A DNA stretch of 64,000 bases from a bacterium (lineage in GTDB: Bacteria; UBA8248). A program made the translations under genes and the position numbers. Below the pieces are notes generated by a model. The model was not told where the DNA came from. It saw only the letters and a list, made by a program, of their open reading frames with translations, and did no database searches. Of the stretch, positions 9,383-19,541 are shown one piece after another (positions within the stretch are counted from its first letter, which is position 1; every line of letters begins with the position of its first letter). Where the stretch lies: the NCBI GenBank assembly GCA_965200245.1, contig CBDATS010000015.1, positions 373,209-437,208 on the forward strand, read 5' to 3'.

Positions 9383-10318
9383 GTGATACCGCTCCCAAAG
9401 ATCGACCCGCCACTCATCAACGCTAGCGGCATCCTGAGCTACCCGGAAGTTTTCGCCGCCTTCGAGAACGCTGGCGCGTGTCTTGGCGGTTATGTCACGA
9501 AATCGGTCGGCCCCCAGGAGAAGACCGGCAACGACAACCCCGTGGTCGTATACCCCCCCGAAGGCGCGGTGCTCAATTCCCTCGCCCTGCCGACGCAAAG
9601 CTCCGAGGACTGGGAGCGCGACCTCGAAGAAATAAAGCTCAAAAACGCGAAGCTCATCATTTCGGTCTATGGCGGGGATTCCCGTGAGTTCGCAGGCGTT
9701 ACCCGGCGGATGTCGAGATTCGGCGACGCCATCGAGGTGAATCTCGGCTGTCCGAACAAGGAACCGGGCGAGCGGACCATCATGGAGAGCATCGGCCAGA
9801 ACCCCGCCTTCTCCGCCGAAGTCATCGAATGTGTCCGCGGTGAGACAGACAAACCCGTCATCGCCAAACTCTCACCCAATAGCGACTACCTAGCCGTGGC
9901 GGATTCCTGCCTGAGCGCTGGTGCGGACGCATTAGGCTGCGGAAACACCCTGGGGCCAGGTCTGGCGATGGATATTCGAAGCCGGGCGGCGATCCTCGCG
10001 GGCACCACGGGCGGTATCAGTGGATCGGCACTCAAGCCCATCAACCTGCGCATGACGTATGAGGCCTATGCGCGCTTTCATTGCCCCATCGTCGCATATG
10101 GAGGTATCGAAACCTGGGAGGACGCTGTGGAATATATTCTCGCAGGTGCAAGCGTCCTGGGAATCGGCACCGCTTTCATGCGGAAGAACACGTACGAGGC
10201 CGCCGCCCTCACCCGGGATATCTGGGAAGGGATCCAGAACTACCTGGGAGGTGAGCCCCTGTCGGCTCTCACTGGCGCTGCGCATCGCGTGGTGAATGGG
10301 AACAGTTCCCATGCGTAG
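9383..10318 (+). CDS. pyrD: Dihydroorotate dehydrogenase, family 1B catalytic subunit
   Basis: NASG, TKS, GN..P, E.NLGCPN, AKLSPN, NT, GGISG.ALKP, GGI. GTG at 9383 follows GGGAGG; the track's 9122 start is too long. Confidence 0.85.
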   Translation: MIPLPKIDPPLINASGILSYPEVFAAFENAGACLGGYVTKSVGPQEKTGNDNPVVVYPPEGAVLNSLALPTQSSEDWERDLEEIKLKNAKLIISVYGGDSREFAGVTRRMSRFGDAIEVNLGCPNKEPGERTIMESIGQNPAFSAEVIECVRGETDKPVIAKLSPNSDYLAVADSCLSAGADALGCGNTLGPGLAMDIRSRAAILAGTTGGISGSALKPINLRMTYEAYARFHCPIVAYGGIETWEDAVEYILAGASVLGIGTAFMRKNTYEAAALTRDIWEGIQNYLGGEPLSALTGAAHRVVNGNSSHA

Positions 10319-11036
10319 CGTCTTCAGAGTCGTGGAAAACCGCTGCGAAAGTGAATGGACGCACACGATTTTCTTCGATCAGGAAATCGAGTCACAGCCA
10401 GGACAATTCATGATGGTCTGGCTGCCCCGTCTGGGCGAAAAACCCTTTACACTCTCTTACTCCAACGCTATTACCGTGAAAAAGGCGGGCGCGTTCACCG
10501 AAAAGCTGGCCGCTGTCGAGCCGGGAGATGAAATCGGGCTACGCGGCCCGCTCGGGAAGGGCTACCCTCCCTTGAAAAGACCCGCTCTCATCGGTGGCGG
10601 CGTGGGGATTGCGGAATTGAGACTTCTCGCCCTCGCCTCCGAGGCACCCTCATTCGTTCTGGGCGGACGCACGGCGAACGAGATTCTCTTCTATGAGGAA
10701 TTCAGGGAACTCGGTCCCGTTCACGTCGCCACAGAGGACGGCGCCTTGGGACACAGAGGGCTGGTGACGGAACTCCTGCCGATTGAGGCGGAGAGTTACG
10801 CCGTTTGCGGGCCAGAGCGCATGATGGCCGCGTGTCTGCCGAAACTCCCTGCCGATCGGACGTATTTCGCCATCGAACGATACATGAAATGTGCCGTTGG
10901 TCTGTGCGGACAATGCACCTGCTCGGGCTGGCGCGTATGTACGGACGGCCCCATATTCCCCGCCTCCACTGTCGCGCAGATGGAGGATTTCGGGAAGCGA
11001 AAACGCTCGAAGAGCGGAAGGTGGGAAGCGGTTTAG
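10311..11036 (+). CDS. pyrK: Dihydroorotate dehydrogenase electron-transfer subunit
   Basis: PGQFMM, RGPLGKG, GGGVGIA, TEDG, CGPE.MM and the 2Fe-2S motif ERYMKCAVGLCGQC...C.DGP. Overlaps the pyrD stop. Confidence 0.9.
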   Translation: MRSVFRVVENRCESEWTHTIFFDQEIESQPGQFMMVWLPRLGEKPFTLSYSNAITVKKAGAFTEKLAAVEPGDEIGLRGPLGKGYPPLKRPALIGGGVGIAELRLLALASEAPSFVLGGRTANEILFYEEFRELGPVHVATEDGALGHRGLVTELLPIEAESYAVCGPERMMAACLPKLPADRTYFAIERYMKCAVGLCGQCTCSGWRVCTDGPIFPASTVAQMEDFGKRKRSKSGRWEAV

Positions 11037-11075
11037 TCGGCATATCTTCCAAAGGCGATTCGCCTGTGCCTATAA

Positions 11076-11894
11076 TTGGGCGAGGAGCGGAAGAACCTTC
11101 ACCATCACGAGGCTCCAAGCGGAGGACAGGCCATCCAATTCCGTGTGTTGGGCTGCGCGGGCGGCAAAGCGCCCGGATACCATTTGACGTCTTTTCTCAT
11201 CAACGATGAGTTGTTGCTGGAGAGCGGATCGGCCGCTTCGGGCCTCACCATCAGGGAACAGGCTCGACTCACCGGCGTCGTGGTATCGCATGCACATCTG
11301 GATCATATCGCGGAACTCCCCTACCTCGCCGACAACATCTTCGGTCTCCGGGAGGATTCACTCCAAATCATCGGAGCGCGCGACGTTCTGGAACAGATAC
11401 AGAAATCCATCTTCAACAACGCCGTCTGGCCGGATTTTTGCGAGATATGTCACGAGGAAACGCCTGTACTCGATTTCTCTGCCATCAAGGAGATGGAAAC
11501 CCGTTCCTGCAACGGAATCCGAATAACCCCCTATGCGGTCGACCACAAGGGCACGACTTTTGGTTTCATCATTCAGGATGCAGAATGTGCTCTGCTCTAT
11601 ACCAGCGATACGGGGCCAACCGAAGCCATCTGGCGAGGCTCCGCCGAAGTGGACAATCTGCGTGCCATCATCACCGAGGTGTCGTTCCCGAACAGGATGG
11701 AGGAACTGGCGCGCATTTCCAGGCACCTGACCCCCGCCATGCTCCATACGGAGATGCGAAAAATGCCGCCCGACATTCCCGTATACATCTTTCACATCAA
11801 GGCTCAGTTCAGCGATGAGATCAGGACGGAAATCAAGGCGCTGGAGGATCCGAGAATCGAGGTGCTCGAAGAGGGAAAGACGTATACCCTTTAG
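11076..11894 (+). CDS. Class II 3',5'-cyclic nucleotide phosphodiesterase-like MBL-fold hydrolase
   Basis: VLGC.GG, SHAHLDHI, IFNN..WPDF, DTGPT, EVSFPN, HLTP, HIK. Confidence 0.82.
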   Translation: MGEERKNLHHHEAPSGGQAIQFRVLGCAGGKAPGYHLTSFLINDELLLESGSAASGLTIREQARLTGVVVSHAHLDHIAELPYLADNIFGLREDSLQIIGARDVLEQIQKSIFNNAVWPDFCEICHEETPVLDFSAIKEMETRSCNGIRITPYAVDHKGTTFGFIIQDAECALLYTSDTGPTEAIWRGSAEVDNLRAIITEVSFPNRMEELARISRHLTPAMLHTEMRKMPPDIPVYIFHIKAQFSDEIRTEIKALEDPRIEVLEEGKTYTL

Positions 11895-11918
11895 CCATTC
11901 ATCACCACAGGGTATCAC

Positions 11919-11944
11919 CTCCTGCGAATGGCAGGAGAGCTTTT
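11919..11944 (+). terminator. Possible intrinsic terminator
   Basis: CTCCTGC-GAATG-GCAGGAG hairpin followed by AGCTTTT, just downstream of the PDE gene. Confidence 0.4.
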
Positions 11945-12038
11945 GAAAGAAGAGCAAACGGCGGCCCGGCGGAAGAAAAAGGATCATCGGCCGAATCGCC
12001 CACGAAAAAAACACCGACAAGGATGAGGAGACGCTTTC

Positions 12039-12284
12039 GTGGAAGACATCGAAGCGCAGAGAAAACACAGCCGTATCATGGCGGAACGAATCAGCCGGAT
12101 TCTGGCCGGAGAGATCGAAGGCGTCGAAGCGGACATCCGCTATAGCTACCAAGACAAGAGTTTCCGGCTCTGGTGGGGAGACCGGGGCGACCCGGACACC
12201 ACCGCTCTCATCACCTTCGAGCAGATCGCCGCGTTAAACGACGACGAGTTGCGTCAGGTCATACGCTCATCCGTCAGAGGCTAG
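12039..12284 (+). CDS. Hypothetical protein, 81 aa
   Basis: GAGGAG before GTG, protein-like composition, fills the gap; its stop overlaps the convergent gene's stop in CTAG. Confidence 0.7.
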   Translation: MEDIEAQRKHSRIMAERISRILAGEIEGVEADIRYSYQDKSFRLWWGDRGDPDTTALITFEQIAALNDDELRQVIRSSVRG

Positions 12285-13165
12285 GCGATGTCGGCCAACT
12301 CCTGGTAAATCCGGAAGATCGAACTTCCGTCTTCATTCTGCCTGCCCTTGCTGCGCTGGGCCATATAGAAGTGTTCCAGCAGTCCGCCAAGCGGCACGGG
12401 CACGTCCAGATCCTTGGCAGAGTCGATAGCACACTCCAAATCCTTGAGAACGATCCAAATCGGACCCGATTCGGGGAAATTGCCAGCCAGCATGTCCTTG
12501 CCGCGAACCTCAAGCACGTTCGAGCCCGCGGCACCGGAGCAAAGCGTATCGAGCATGACGTCTTCGGGAATTCCTGCCTTGAGGCCAAGCGTAAGACCCT
12601 CGCACGCCCCTGCCATATTGATAAACAACACGAGATTTACGACCAGCTTGAGCTGGGCGGCGAGCCCGTTTTGCTCGCTCACGAAAATCGTCTTCTTGCC
12701 AATGGCGTCGAAGGCGGGCTTCGCCTTCTCGTATGCGTCCCTGGGGCCCGCTGCCATCACCACCAGGTCCTTCACCGCGGCCTGCTTGCCCACACCGCTG
12801 ACCGGGCAATCGAGCCAGCGTACGCCCCGCTCAGCTACTTTCTCCGCCATCGCCCTTGAAAACTTCGGTGGAACCGTGCTCATGTCCGCGATGATACCGC
12901 CTTCAGGAATCCCCTCCAGAACGCCTCCCTCGCCAGTTATAGCCTCTTCCACGACCTTATAGTTGGGCAGTGAACTCATCACCAAGTCGGCTCCGCTGGC
13001 TGCGTCCGCAGGTGAACTGGCGCGGCGCAGGTTCTTGCCCTCGAATTTTTCGTACATCGCATCGAGCGGGTCGTAGCCCGCCACTTCCATGCCGGAGTCC
13101 AGCAGATGGCCAGAAAACGCGCCTCCCATGACGCCCAAACCCACGACTCCCACTTCCATGCTCAC
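12281..13165 (-). CDS. NAD(P)-dependent beta-hydroxyacid dehydrogenase (HIBADH/GarR family)
   Basis: GLGVMG, DMSTVPP, LDCPVSG, LKLVVN, KDL. Confidence 0.9.
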   Translation of the reverse strand: MSMEVGVVGLGVMGGAFSGHLLDSGMEVAGYDPLDAMYEKFEGKNLRRASSPADAASGADLVMSSLPNYKVVEEAITGEGGVLEGIPEGGIIADMSTVPPKFSRAMAEKVAERGVRWLDCPVSGVGKQAAVKDLVVMAAGPRDAYEKAKPAFDAIGKKTIFVSEQNGLAAQLKLVVNLVLFINMAGACEGLTLGLKAGIPEDVMLDTLCSGAAGSNVLEVRGKDMLAGNFPESGPIWIVLKDLECAIDSAKDLDVPVPLGGLLEHFYMAQRSKGRQNEDGSSIFRIYQELADIA

Positions 13166-13254
13166 GGTTTCTCATCTCCTATTGAATGCGGCGGCGAGAG
13201 GAATGATTTCTGACCACCGGCAGGAACTGTAATAACGACCAGGATTTCACATTT

Positions 13255-14013
13255 TCAATGAATAATATATCCGCCGTCCACCACGAGGTTATGCCCATGC
13301 ACAAATGAAGCATCCTCAGAAGCGAGAAACAGCACCACGCTCGCGATCTCTTGCGGTTCGCCGAAACGCCCCATCGGTACAGTCGCCAGACGCTTGGCGC
13401 GTTCTTCGGGCGTTTTGTAGGCGTGTTTCTTGAGATATTCGGTCGCCGTAGGCCCCGGGCTCACTGCGTTCACCAAAATGTTCTCGCCTGCGAGTTCGAG
13501 CGCCATCGAGCGTGTGAGCTGAATCAGTGCCGCCTTGGTCGCGCTGTAAAGAGCAGTCTCGCGTGCTGCTACCGACCCCAACTGGCTCGCAACATGCACA
13601 ATTCTTCCGCCACCCGCCTCGCGCATCAGTGGCAATACTGCCTGGCTCGCAAAAAAAGGAGCGCGCAAGTTCACGGCGACCACGCGGTCAAAATCCTGAT
13701 ACGAGAAAGTCCCGAACGGATGGCTTGCGCGAATGCCTGCGTTGTTCACCAGAATGTCTACGCCGTCAAGGGCTTGAGCCGCAGCTTCCACCATACGCTC
13801 GGCAGTGCCCACTTCCGCCAGATCGAAAACACCGAAAGCGGCAGATCCACCGGCGGCCTCGCACTCCTGTGCAACGCTTTTGAGTTCACCCTGCGTTCCG
13901 TCTGCCGCCAGAAAGAGGCGCGCCCCCTTCGCCGCGAAACGAAGTGCCACACATTCACCGATACCGCGCGATGCGCCCGTTACGAGCACCCTTTTCCCAT
14001 CCAGACAGTTCAA
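13255..14013 (-). CDS. Short-chain dehydrogenase/reductase
   Basis: TGASRGIG, NNAG, YSATK, NAVSPG, VDGG. Confidence 0.93.
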   Translation of the reverse strand: MNCLDGKRVLVTGASRGIGECVALRFAAKGARLFLAADGTQGELKSVAQECEAAGGSAAFGVFDLAEVGTAERMVEAAAQALDGVDILVNNAGIRASHPFGTFSYQDFDRVVAVNLRAPFFASQAVLPLMREAGGGRIVHVASQLGSVAARETALYSATKAALIQLTRSMALELAGENILVNAVSPGPTATEYLKKHAYKTPEERAKRLATVPMGRFGEPQEIASVVLFLASEDASFVHGHNLVVDGGYIIH

Positions 14014-14103
14014 CTGCGTTTCTCCTGTGTGAAAGTTGCGCTATATTCATCTCCGGCGGACATAGCGCGAACCAGGACAAAGGAAAATCAAGGAGAACAG
14101 ACG

Positions 14104-14706
14104 ATGCCCCGACCCGGCACCTCTTTCGTAGAACTTCAACATGTCGCCATCAAGGTATCCGATATCGAGGAATCACTGAAATTCTACACAGAGATTCTCG
14201 GTTTCAACCTGTCGGAATGCCATGACCCCGGAGAACTTCCGGGTCTGGACGTTGGCCTCTGCTTCCTTCGCTGTGGCGCATTTCATCACGATTTGAACCT
14301 AGTATACCACACCGGCGAGCAACCCGATCTCAAAGAAATGAGAACCAACGACCAAGGGCCAATAAAAGATCTGGGCTTGCATCATTTTGCGTTTCGGGTA
14401 AAAGACCGGGCGGAGTTCTTCGCCTGGAGAGACTGGCTTGAAGAATGCGGGATCGAGATCGTACGCGGACCACTGGTACACAGTCCCACCCATCCCGAAG
14501 GTGACGGCTCGTGGGGGGAGAACAGGGCCATGTATTTCTGTGACCCCGATGGCCACCGTATCGAGATCTTCTGCGATCTGGCCCCGATGGACAAGGCGAA
14601 TGGCATCAAGAAGGAATGGTACGAAGATAGGCTCCGCCGGGATGGAATCGATCCCGCCCCGCATCCCCCTGTTGGCCCGCACCCAACGGGAGCCTTCACA
14701 CACTGA
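14104..14706 (+). CDS. VOC/glyoxalase superfamily protein (catechol-2,3-dioxygenase-like)
   Basis: AGGAG before ATG 14104. LQHVAI, FY...LGF, FLRC...HHDL, LHHFAF, YFCDPDG.RIE. Confidence 0.87.
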   Translation: MPRPGTSFVELQHVAIKVSDIEESLKFYTEILGFNLSECHDPGELPGLDVGLCFLRCGAFHHDLNLVYHTGEQPDLKEMRTNDQGPIKDLGLHHFAFRVKDRAEFFAWRDWLEECGIEIVRGPLVHSPTHPEGDGSWGENRAMYFCDPDGHRIEIFCDLAPMDKANGIKKEWYEDRLRRDGIDPAPHPPVGPHPTGAFTH

Positions 14707-14736
14707 GCCGCCCAGAAGAAACGTTTTCAATAGGTA

Positions 14737-16514
14737 ATGGTTGTGGGTTGGAAAAATTTTCGGATACGGCTTCTTGGCTGGCTGCGTCACTACGAGTTCT
14801 CAGACGATGGCATTTTCTTCCTCACTACCATCATCGTGGGAGCGTTGACCGGATTTGTTGCCGTGTGCTTTCACGTCGCGCTGGGTTGGGCGCATTATGT
14901 TTTTTTTCGGTTCCCACGATCTTTCCCTTATCGAACGTGCCTGGTACTGGGTGGCCATTATACCTGCCGGGGGCGCGTTTCTCTCCGCACTCTTCCTCCA
15001 TTACTTCGTGCCCGAGGCCCGGGGCAGCGGTATCCCCCAGACGAAAATCGCATACGTCGCCCACAACGGCCACATCGACAAGCGCGTGTGGATATCCAAG
15101 TTTCTCATCGGAGTTCTCAACATCGGATCGGGTTCCAGTCTGGGTCGTGAAGGCCCCACAGTTCAGATTTGCTCGGGCATGGCGAGTTGGATCGGCGAGA
15201 CCTTTTCGCTGAGAAGACACCGCGTGCAGGCGCTCGTTCCGGTGGGATGCGCCGCCGCTCTGGCCGCCGCGTTCAACACACCTATCGCCGCCGTCACTTT
15301 CACGCTCGAAGAGTTGGTGGGTGATCTGAATGCGAGGGTGCTCGGATCCATCGTTTTCGCGGCGGTCGCCGCATCGGTTGTCTCGCGCGCCATGCTTGGG
15401 AACGAGCCTGTCTTCTCCGTGCCGGCATACTCGCTGGACAGTTCCCTGGAACTCCTTTTGTATGCCTTCGTGGGTGTCATCTGCGCCATCGTCGGCGTCG
15501 CATTCACCAAGGGCTTGCTCTTCGCTCGCTCGCAGTGGAAGCGTCTCCGGGGATTCCGGGGGGTTGCCGCCACCGGTATCGGCGGCCTGTTCGTGGGCGT
15601 CATCGGTATCTGGTTTCCCGAAGTTTTCGCCGTCGGCTATCCCGCCGTGAGCAAGGCTCTCACGCACAGCTACACGCTGCCTTTTCTCCTGTGCCTCGTT
15701 GTTCTGAAGCTCATCACGACTGTGGTTTCCTACGGAACCGGCTCTTTGGGCGGCATCTTCGCACCGACGCTCTTCATGGGAGCGATGACGGGAGGGGCTG
15801 TGGCAACTCTCGCCGAGATAGTCCTCCCCGGCTTCGTGGCTCATCCGGGCGGATACGCGCTCGTCGGTATGGGCGCGGCCTTCGCGGCCATCATTCGTGC
15901 GCCCATGACTTCAGTGCTCATCATCTTCGAACTCACGCAAGACTACAACATCATTCTCGCGCTCATGGTCGCCAACGCCATCTCGCTTACCCTGGCACGG
16001 CATTGGCATCCTGAGCCGATCTACAGCGCACTCTCCTCACAGGACGGCGTCGCGCTGCCCGATCATGAGACCGAGCACCTTCTGCACGAAATCCATGTAT
16101 CTGACGCCATGGTGTCCGATGTCGTCACCCTGTCCGAGGACATCACGATACAAGAGGCGATAGAAAGAACGAGGGGAAGCACCATTTCCGGCTATCCCGT
16201 CCTGAACGCGAACGGGAGACTTTCCGGAATGGCCAGCAACTACGACTTCAGCCAGGCGCAGGCTGCAGGCTGCAGGCATTCTGCACAGGCCCTTGAGCGA
16301 GATTGCGAAGAAGAAATACATCATGCACGCCCATCTGGATCAGTCGCTTGATTCGGTAATGGCGAAGCTGGGCGACAGGAGCATATCACGACGGCCCGTC
16401 GTGAGCAGGGAGGACCCAACGGAACTTCTGGGGATCATCACTGCCGAGGACGTTATTCACGCCCTCGGCAAAGTGTGGCACGAACAGCAACACCATCAAC
16501 ACGATTTCGACTGA
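14737..16514 (+). pseudogene. ClC chloride channel/antiporter with CBS domains, two frameshifts
   Basis: GSGIP, GREGP, GGIFAP and CBS motifs spread over three ORFs. Breaks at a T8 run (14900-14907) and a 7-bp duplication (16258-16277). Confidence 0.85.
16258..16277 (+). repeat. Tandem repeat GCAGGCT x2 + GCAGGC
   Basis: Read directly. Removing one 7-bp unit restores the ClC frame (QAQAAGILHRPLSEIAK). Confidence 0.85.
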
Positions 16515-16606
16515 GTCCCCTGCCGAATTTTGGGGAATCACATACTGAAATCCCGCAAGACCTGATATCCTGATTCCCCGGTTTTTGCGTTGCCGGGTGT
16601 ATCATT

Positions 16607-16864
16607 CTAGTCAAATATCCTATTGTAATATCCGCCCTGGACGGACGCCAGCTGTTCCTCGGTGAGCCGGGGCGAAGGCGGAAGCACCAGATAGCCGTTT
16701 TCCGCGTCATCCGACACGACATGGAGGTTGCAGTCATCCGGAAGAGTGATTCCGGTCTCCTCGGATATCACGGCCTTCGGGTCAGAGATCAGGCGGGCGC
16801 GGAACTCCTCGCTGACCTCCGCCTTCTCGAGCAGGTGATTGCGCATCTCGGTAATGGATTTCAT
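16607..16864 (-). CDS. NHLP (nitrile-hydratase-like leader) RiPP precursor, double-glycine site, core YYNRIFD
   Basis: KA..SEEFRARL.SDPKA.I..E.G..LP......V......YLVLP......LTEEQLASVQGG. AGGAG ribosome-binding site. Confidence 0.88.
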   Translation of the reverse strand: MKSITEMRNHLLEKAEVSEEFRARLISDPKAVISEETGITLPDDCNLHVVSDDAENGYLVLPPSPRLTEEQLASVQGGYYNRIFD

Positions 16865-17260
16865 GTCGGTCTCCTGTCCTCAGGAAATGAGTATGGGTTG
16901 ATACCCGCGATGCTTTCGTTTTTTTTTGCATCGCTGTCATGAGCAGGATATGGGATATTCCGATGAAAAGGCAAGAAATTTGTTGACGTTTTTCTCGTTT
17001 TTTATTTGGAGCAAGCTTTTTCCCGGAAACCCGTCCATATGTCCCCTCCTCTCCCGGGAAACCGGCGGCCGAAGTATCCGTCTTTCCCGAATCAAGGTAT
17101 GAAGACCTGTGGATTCAAGTATGTAATTCCCAATTGTTTTGTACATAGTGCGGAAATTTTCTATTATCATCATGGGCCAGATTGGAACGTGAAATTTGCG
17201 TCCCGTATAATCGAATCACGTCCAGGGGAGGATTGGAACCTGTACGCCGGAACTACGAAA

Positions 17261-17920
17261 ATGACCGCCAAACGTCTCACCACCCTGCCCTCGAGCGGGC
17301 AGCCCCTGTGGCTGAAAAAGATTTTCCAGGCGGGGCTCCGGCTAGCTTTTGGCGGAGTTGACGTCAAGGGTATGCACAATGTACCACCCGACGGTCCGCT
17401 CATCGTCGCCTCGAATCACCGCAGTTATCTCGACCCCATGATCCTCGCCTCCTTCGTGCCGAGACGGCTGTATCACATGGCCAAGCGGGAGTTGTTCCGC
17501 AATTTCCTGTTCGCCAGGCTCATCACTTACTTTGGTGCCTTCCCGGTGGACAGGGCGGGAGTCGCGCGCGCCAGCACGTTCAGGATGGCCCTCAATCTCC
17601 TCGACCTGAACGGTGCGGTGGTAATTTTCCCTGAAGGAGGCATCGTGGCCAAAGTGGCCGAGATGGGCGTGAAAGAGGGCGTCGCCACCCTCGCCACCAA
17701 AAGCCGTGCACCGGTTCTTCCGGTCTATATCGCGGGGTCGAACACGCTCATCAGTCCGAGGGGTATTCTGGACCCCTGGCTCGTCATCCGGGTGGGAGAA
17801 CCCATCCCGCCAGCGAGGGAAGGAACCGGTCGGAAGTACCGGCGGAAATTCGCCCAAAGCATTGTCGACGCGATCCTGAAACTCGAAGCGGATTTTCTTG
17901 CAGCGAGACGACAGAAATGA
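17261..17920 (+). CDS. plsC: 1-acyl-sn-glycerol-3-phosphate acyltransferase family
   Basis: SNHRSYLDP, MAKRELF, GAFPVDR, IFPEG. Start placed at ATG 17261. Confidence 0.88.
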   Translation: MTAKRLTTLPSSGQPLWLKKIFQAGLRLAFGGVDVKGMHNVPPDGPLIVASNHRSYLDPMILASFVPRRLYHMAKRELFRNFLFARLITYFGAFPVDRAGVARASTFRMALNLLDLNGAVVIFPEGGIVAKVAEMGVKEGVATLATKSRAPVLPVYIAGSNTLISPRGILDPWLVIRVGEPIPPAREGTGRKYRRKFAQSIVDAILKLEADFLAARRQK

Positions 17921-17956
17921 GACACCGGGCGCAATGCGAAGGCTACGCCCGGTGTC
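17921..17956. terminator. Stem-loop between convergent plsC and porin genes
   Basis: GACACCGGGCG / CGCCCGGTGTC perfect 11-bp inverted repeat. No clear U-tract. Confidence 0.5.
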
Positions 17957-18060
17957 CCGAAAATCTCACTCAAAAGGCTTCATGGCATCGCATACAAATA
18001 GCTTTTCCGCCATTCTCTCTTGATTTCGACAAATCCCCCCAAGGTCTCTTTCTCAAACCT

Positions 18061-19374
18061 CTAGAAGCTGTATTGCAGTCCGATTTGCAGGCGCGACGCG
18101 TCACCCTCTCTGCCGTCGTTCGTTTCGCGCCAGCCATGCATGTATTCAAAGCCTGCCCGCATCTTGGGTGCAAGCGACCACCAGACGTTGGCGTGCACCG
18201 ATTCGAGCGACTGGCTGAGTTCCGGGAACACTGCCTTTGCCGGGTCTTCGAAGTCGTTCTCCACCCAGCCATAATAGAAACCCGAACTCACGGAACTGTT
18301 CCAGTTTTGCGTGAGACCGATGAAACCGCCCATCGAATCCAGTGCTTCCAATGCACCCCCCGCTCCCAGGATAGCGGCTGCTGAAGCCCCGAGCATGGAT
18401 TTATCCAACCCGCCCTGACCGACATTGAGCGTCCCCCACAGTCGGGTGTCCTTGCCCAAACCGACGTTCGCGCCGAGGTGAAATGCGGAGATGGTCAGAC
18501 TCTCTTCAACTGCGCCATCTTCGTAGATAACCTGTCCGATGAGGCCCGACGCATTAATGGCACCCCAAGCCGTCGTCAGGCGCAGGGCCGCCGTCAGATT
18601 CGGCATTCGCTCCTGTGAGGATGCTGTCCCGCCAGCCTTCAGAATAGTCGGAGAATCGGGATCTTCGAGTGCGACCTGCATCGTGAGGTTCTTTCCCATC
18701 GCCTGGGAGTAGCGAACCTGTGGCCGACGCACGGCAACTATGCCTACCGGCCCTTCGAAATCCACAGTATCGGCATAGGTGTTCTCATCCATGAATGTGG
18801 TCCAGTTCTGTCCCGCAAGTACCGGACCCAGAGACGCGTACGCATGGCGCAGTCGCAAGGCGTTACGACTGCCATAGAAATCGGTTTCGATTCTGGTCTT
18901 GAGTTGGCCGACACCCGTAGGCGTCAGGCTGTCGAAACGAAGGCGCGTCTGCCTTGCATGCAGGGAAGTTTTCTGCTGTCGGGTTCCACCATCGAGAGCA
19001 ATCGCGCTGGGCTCGCCTCCCCAGTCATAGATGGAGAAGGCATCACCCAGATCCTGGTCGATATCGTAGATCGCATCAAGCTTCACGTAGCCACTGAAAG
19101 AGAGCGACGTTTTGCTCCCCGGCATCTTCCAGGAACCCGGAAAATCACCGGTAGCCACTGCCTTTTTCCGGGTGGCTTCCGTCGCGGCCTTCATATCGGC
19201 CTTCATTTTCTTCTCGCGGGCCTCGAGAGCTTCGAGCCGCTTCATGAGCGCCTTTATCTGCGCCTTGAGATCGTCTATCTCTCCTCCTGCGACTGGCACG
19301 ACGAACATCGCCAAAGTCATAACGAACCCGATTATTCCTATTCCAAACCGATTTCTCCAGCTGATCTTCATCAT
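18061..19374 (-). CDS. DcaP-family trimeric outer-membrane porin
   Basis: Signal peptide, N-terminal coiled coil, SGYVKLDAIYD, ARQTRL, IETDFYG, RLRHAY, LAGQ.WTTFMD, terminal QYSF. Confidence 0.87.
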   Translation of the reverse strand: MMKISWRNRFGIGIIGFVMTLAMFVVPVAGGEIDDLKAQIKALMKRLEALEAREKKMKADMKAATEATRKKAVATGDFPGSWKMPGSKTSLSFSGYVKLDAIYDIDQDLGDAFSIYDWGGEPSAIALDGGTRQQKTSLHARQTRLRFDSLTPTGVGQLKTRIETDFYGSRNALRLRHAYASLGPVLAGQNWTTFMDENTYADTVDFEGPVGIVAVRRPQVRYSQAMGKNLTMQVALEDPDSPTILKAGGTASSQERMPNLTAALRLTTAWGAINASGLIGQVIYEDGAVEESLTISAFHLGANVGLGKDTRLWGTLNVGQGGLDKSMLGASAAAILGAGGALEALDSMGGFIGLTQNWNSSVSSGFYYGWVENDFEDPAKAVFPELSQSLESVHANVWWSLAPKMRAGFEYMHGWRETNDGREGDASRLQIGLQYSF

Positions 19375-19541
19375 CCCTCTCCTCGCGTTAGCCTGGATGG
19401 ACACTATTTCCAATGAGGATGCAGGAAACATAGTCACGAATGGGACAATATGATTCCTGCACCGTTCCCGACGCATATTTTCTCGATTCCACTCTGGATT
19501 CAGTCTGACAGCAACCCGGTTCGACAAAACCTGCAGGTGGC

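Noticed and set aside
13351-14103. N-terminal extension of the 451-aa ORF (similar over-long starts at 9122, 17006, 19527, 27034, 35184)
   Set aside because: They overlap other genes or intergenic DNA; better starts lie downstream, most with a clear ribosome-binding site.
16907-16934. Structured RNA upstream of the NHLP gene (GCGATGC...GCATCGC around a T-run)
   Set aside because: Only a 7-bp stem; not enough to call an ncRNA or operator.
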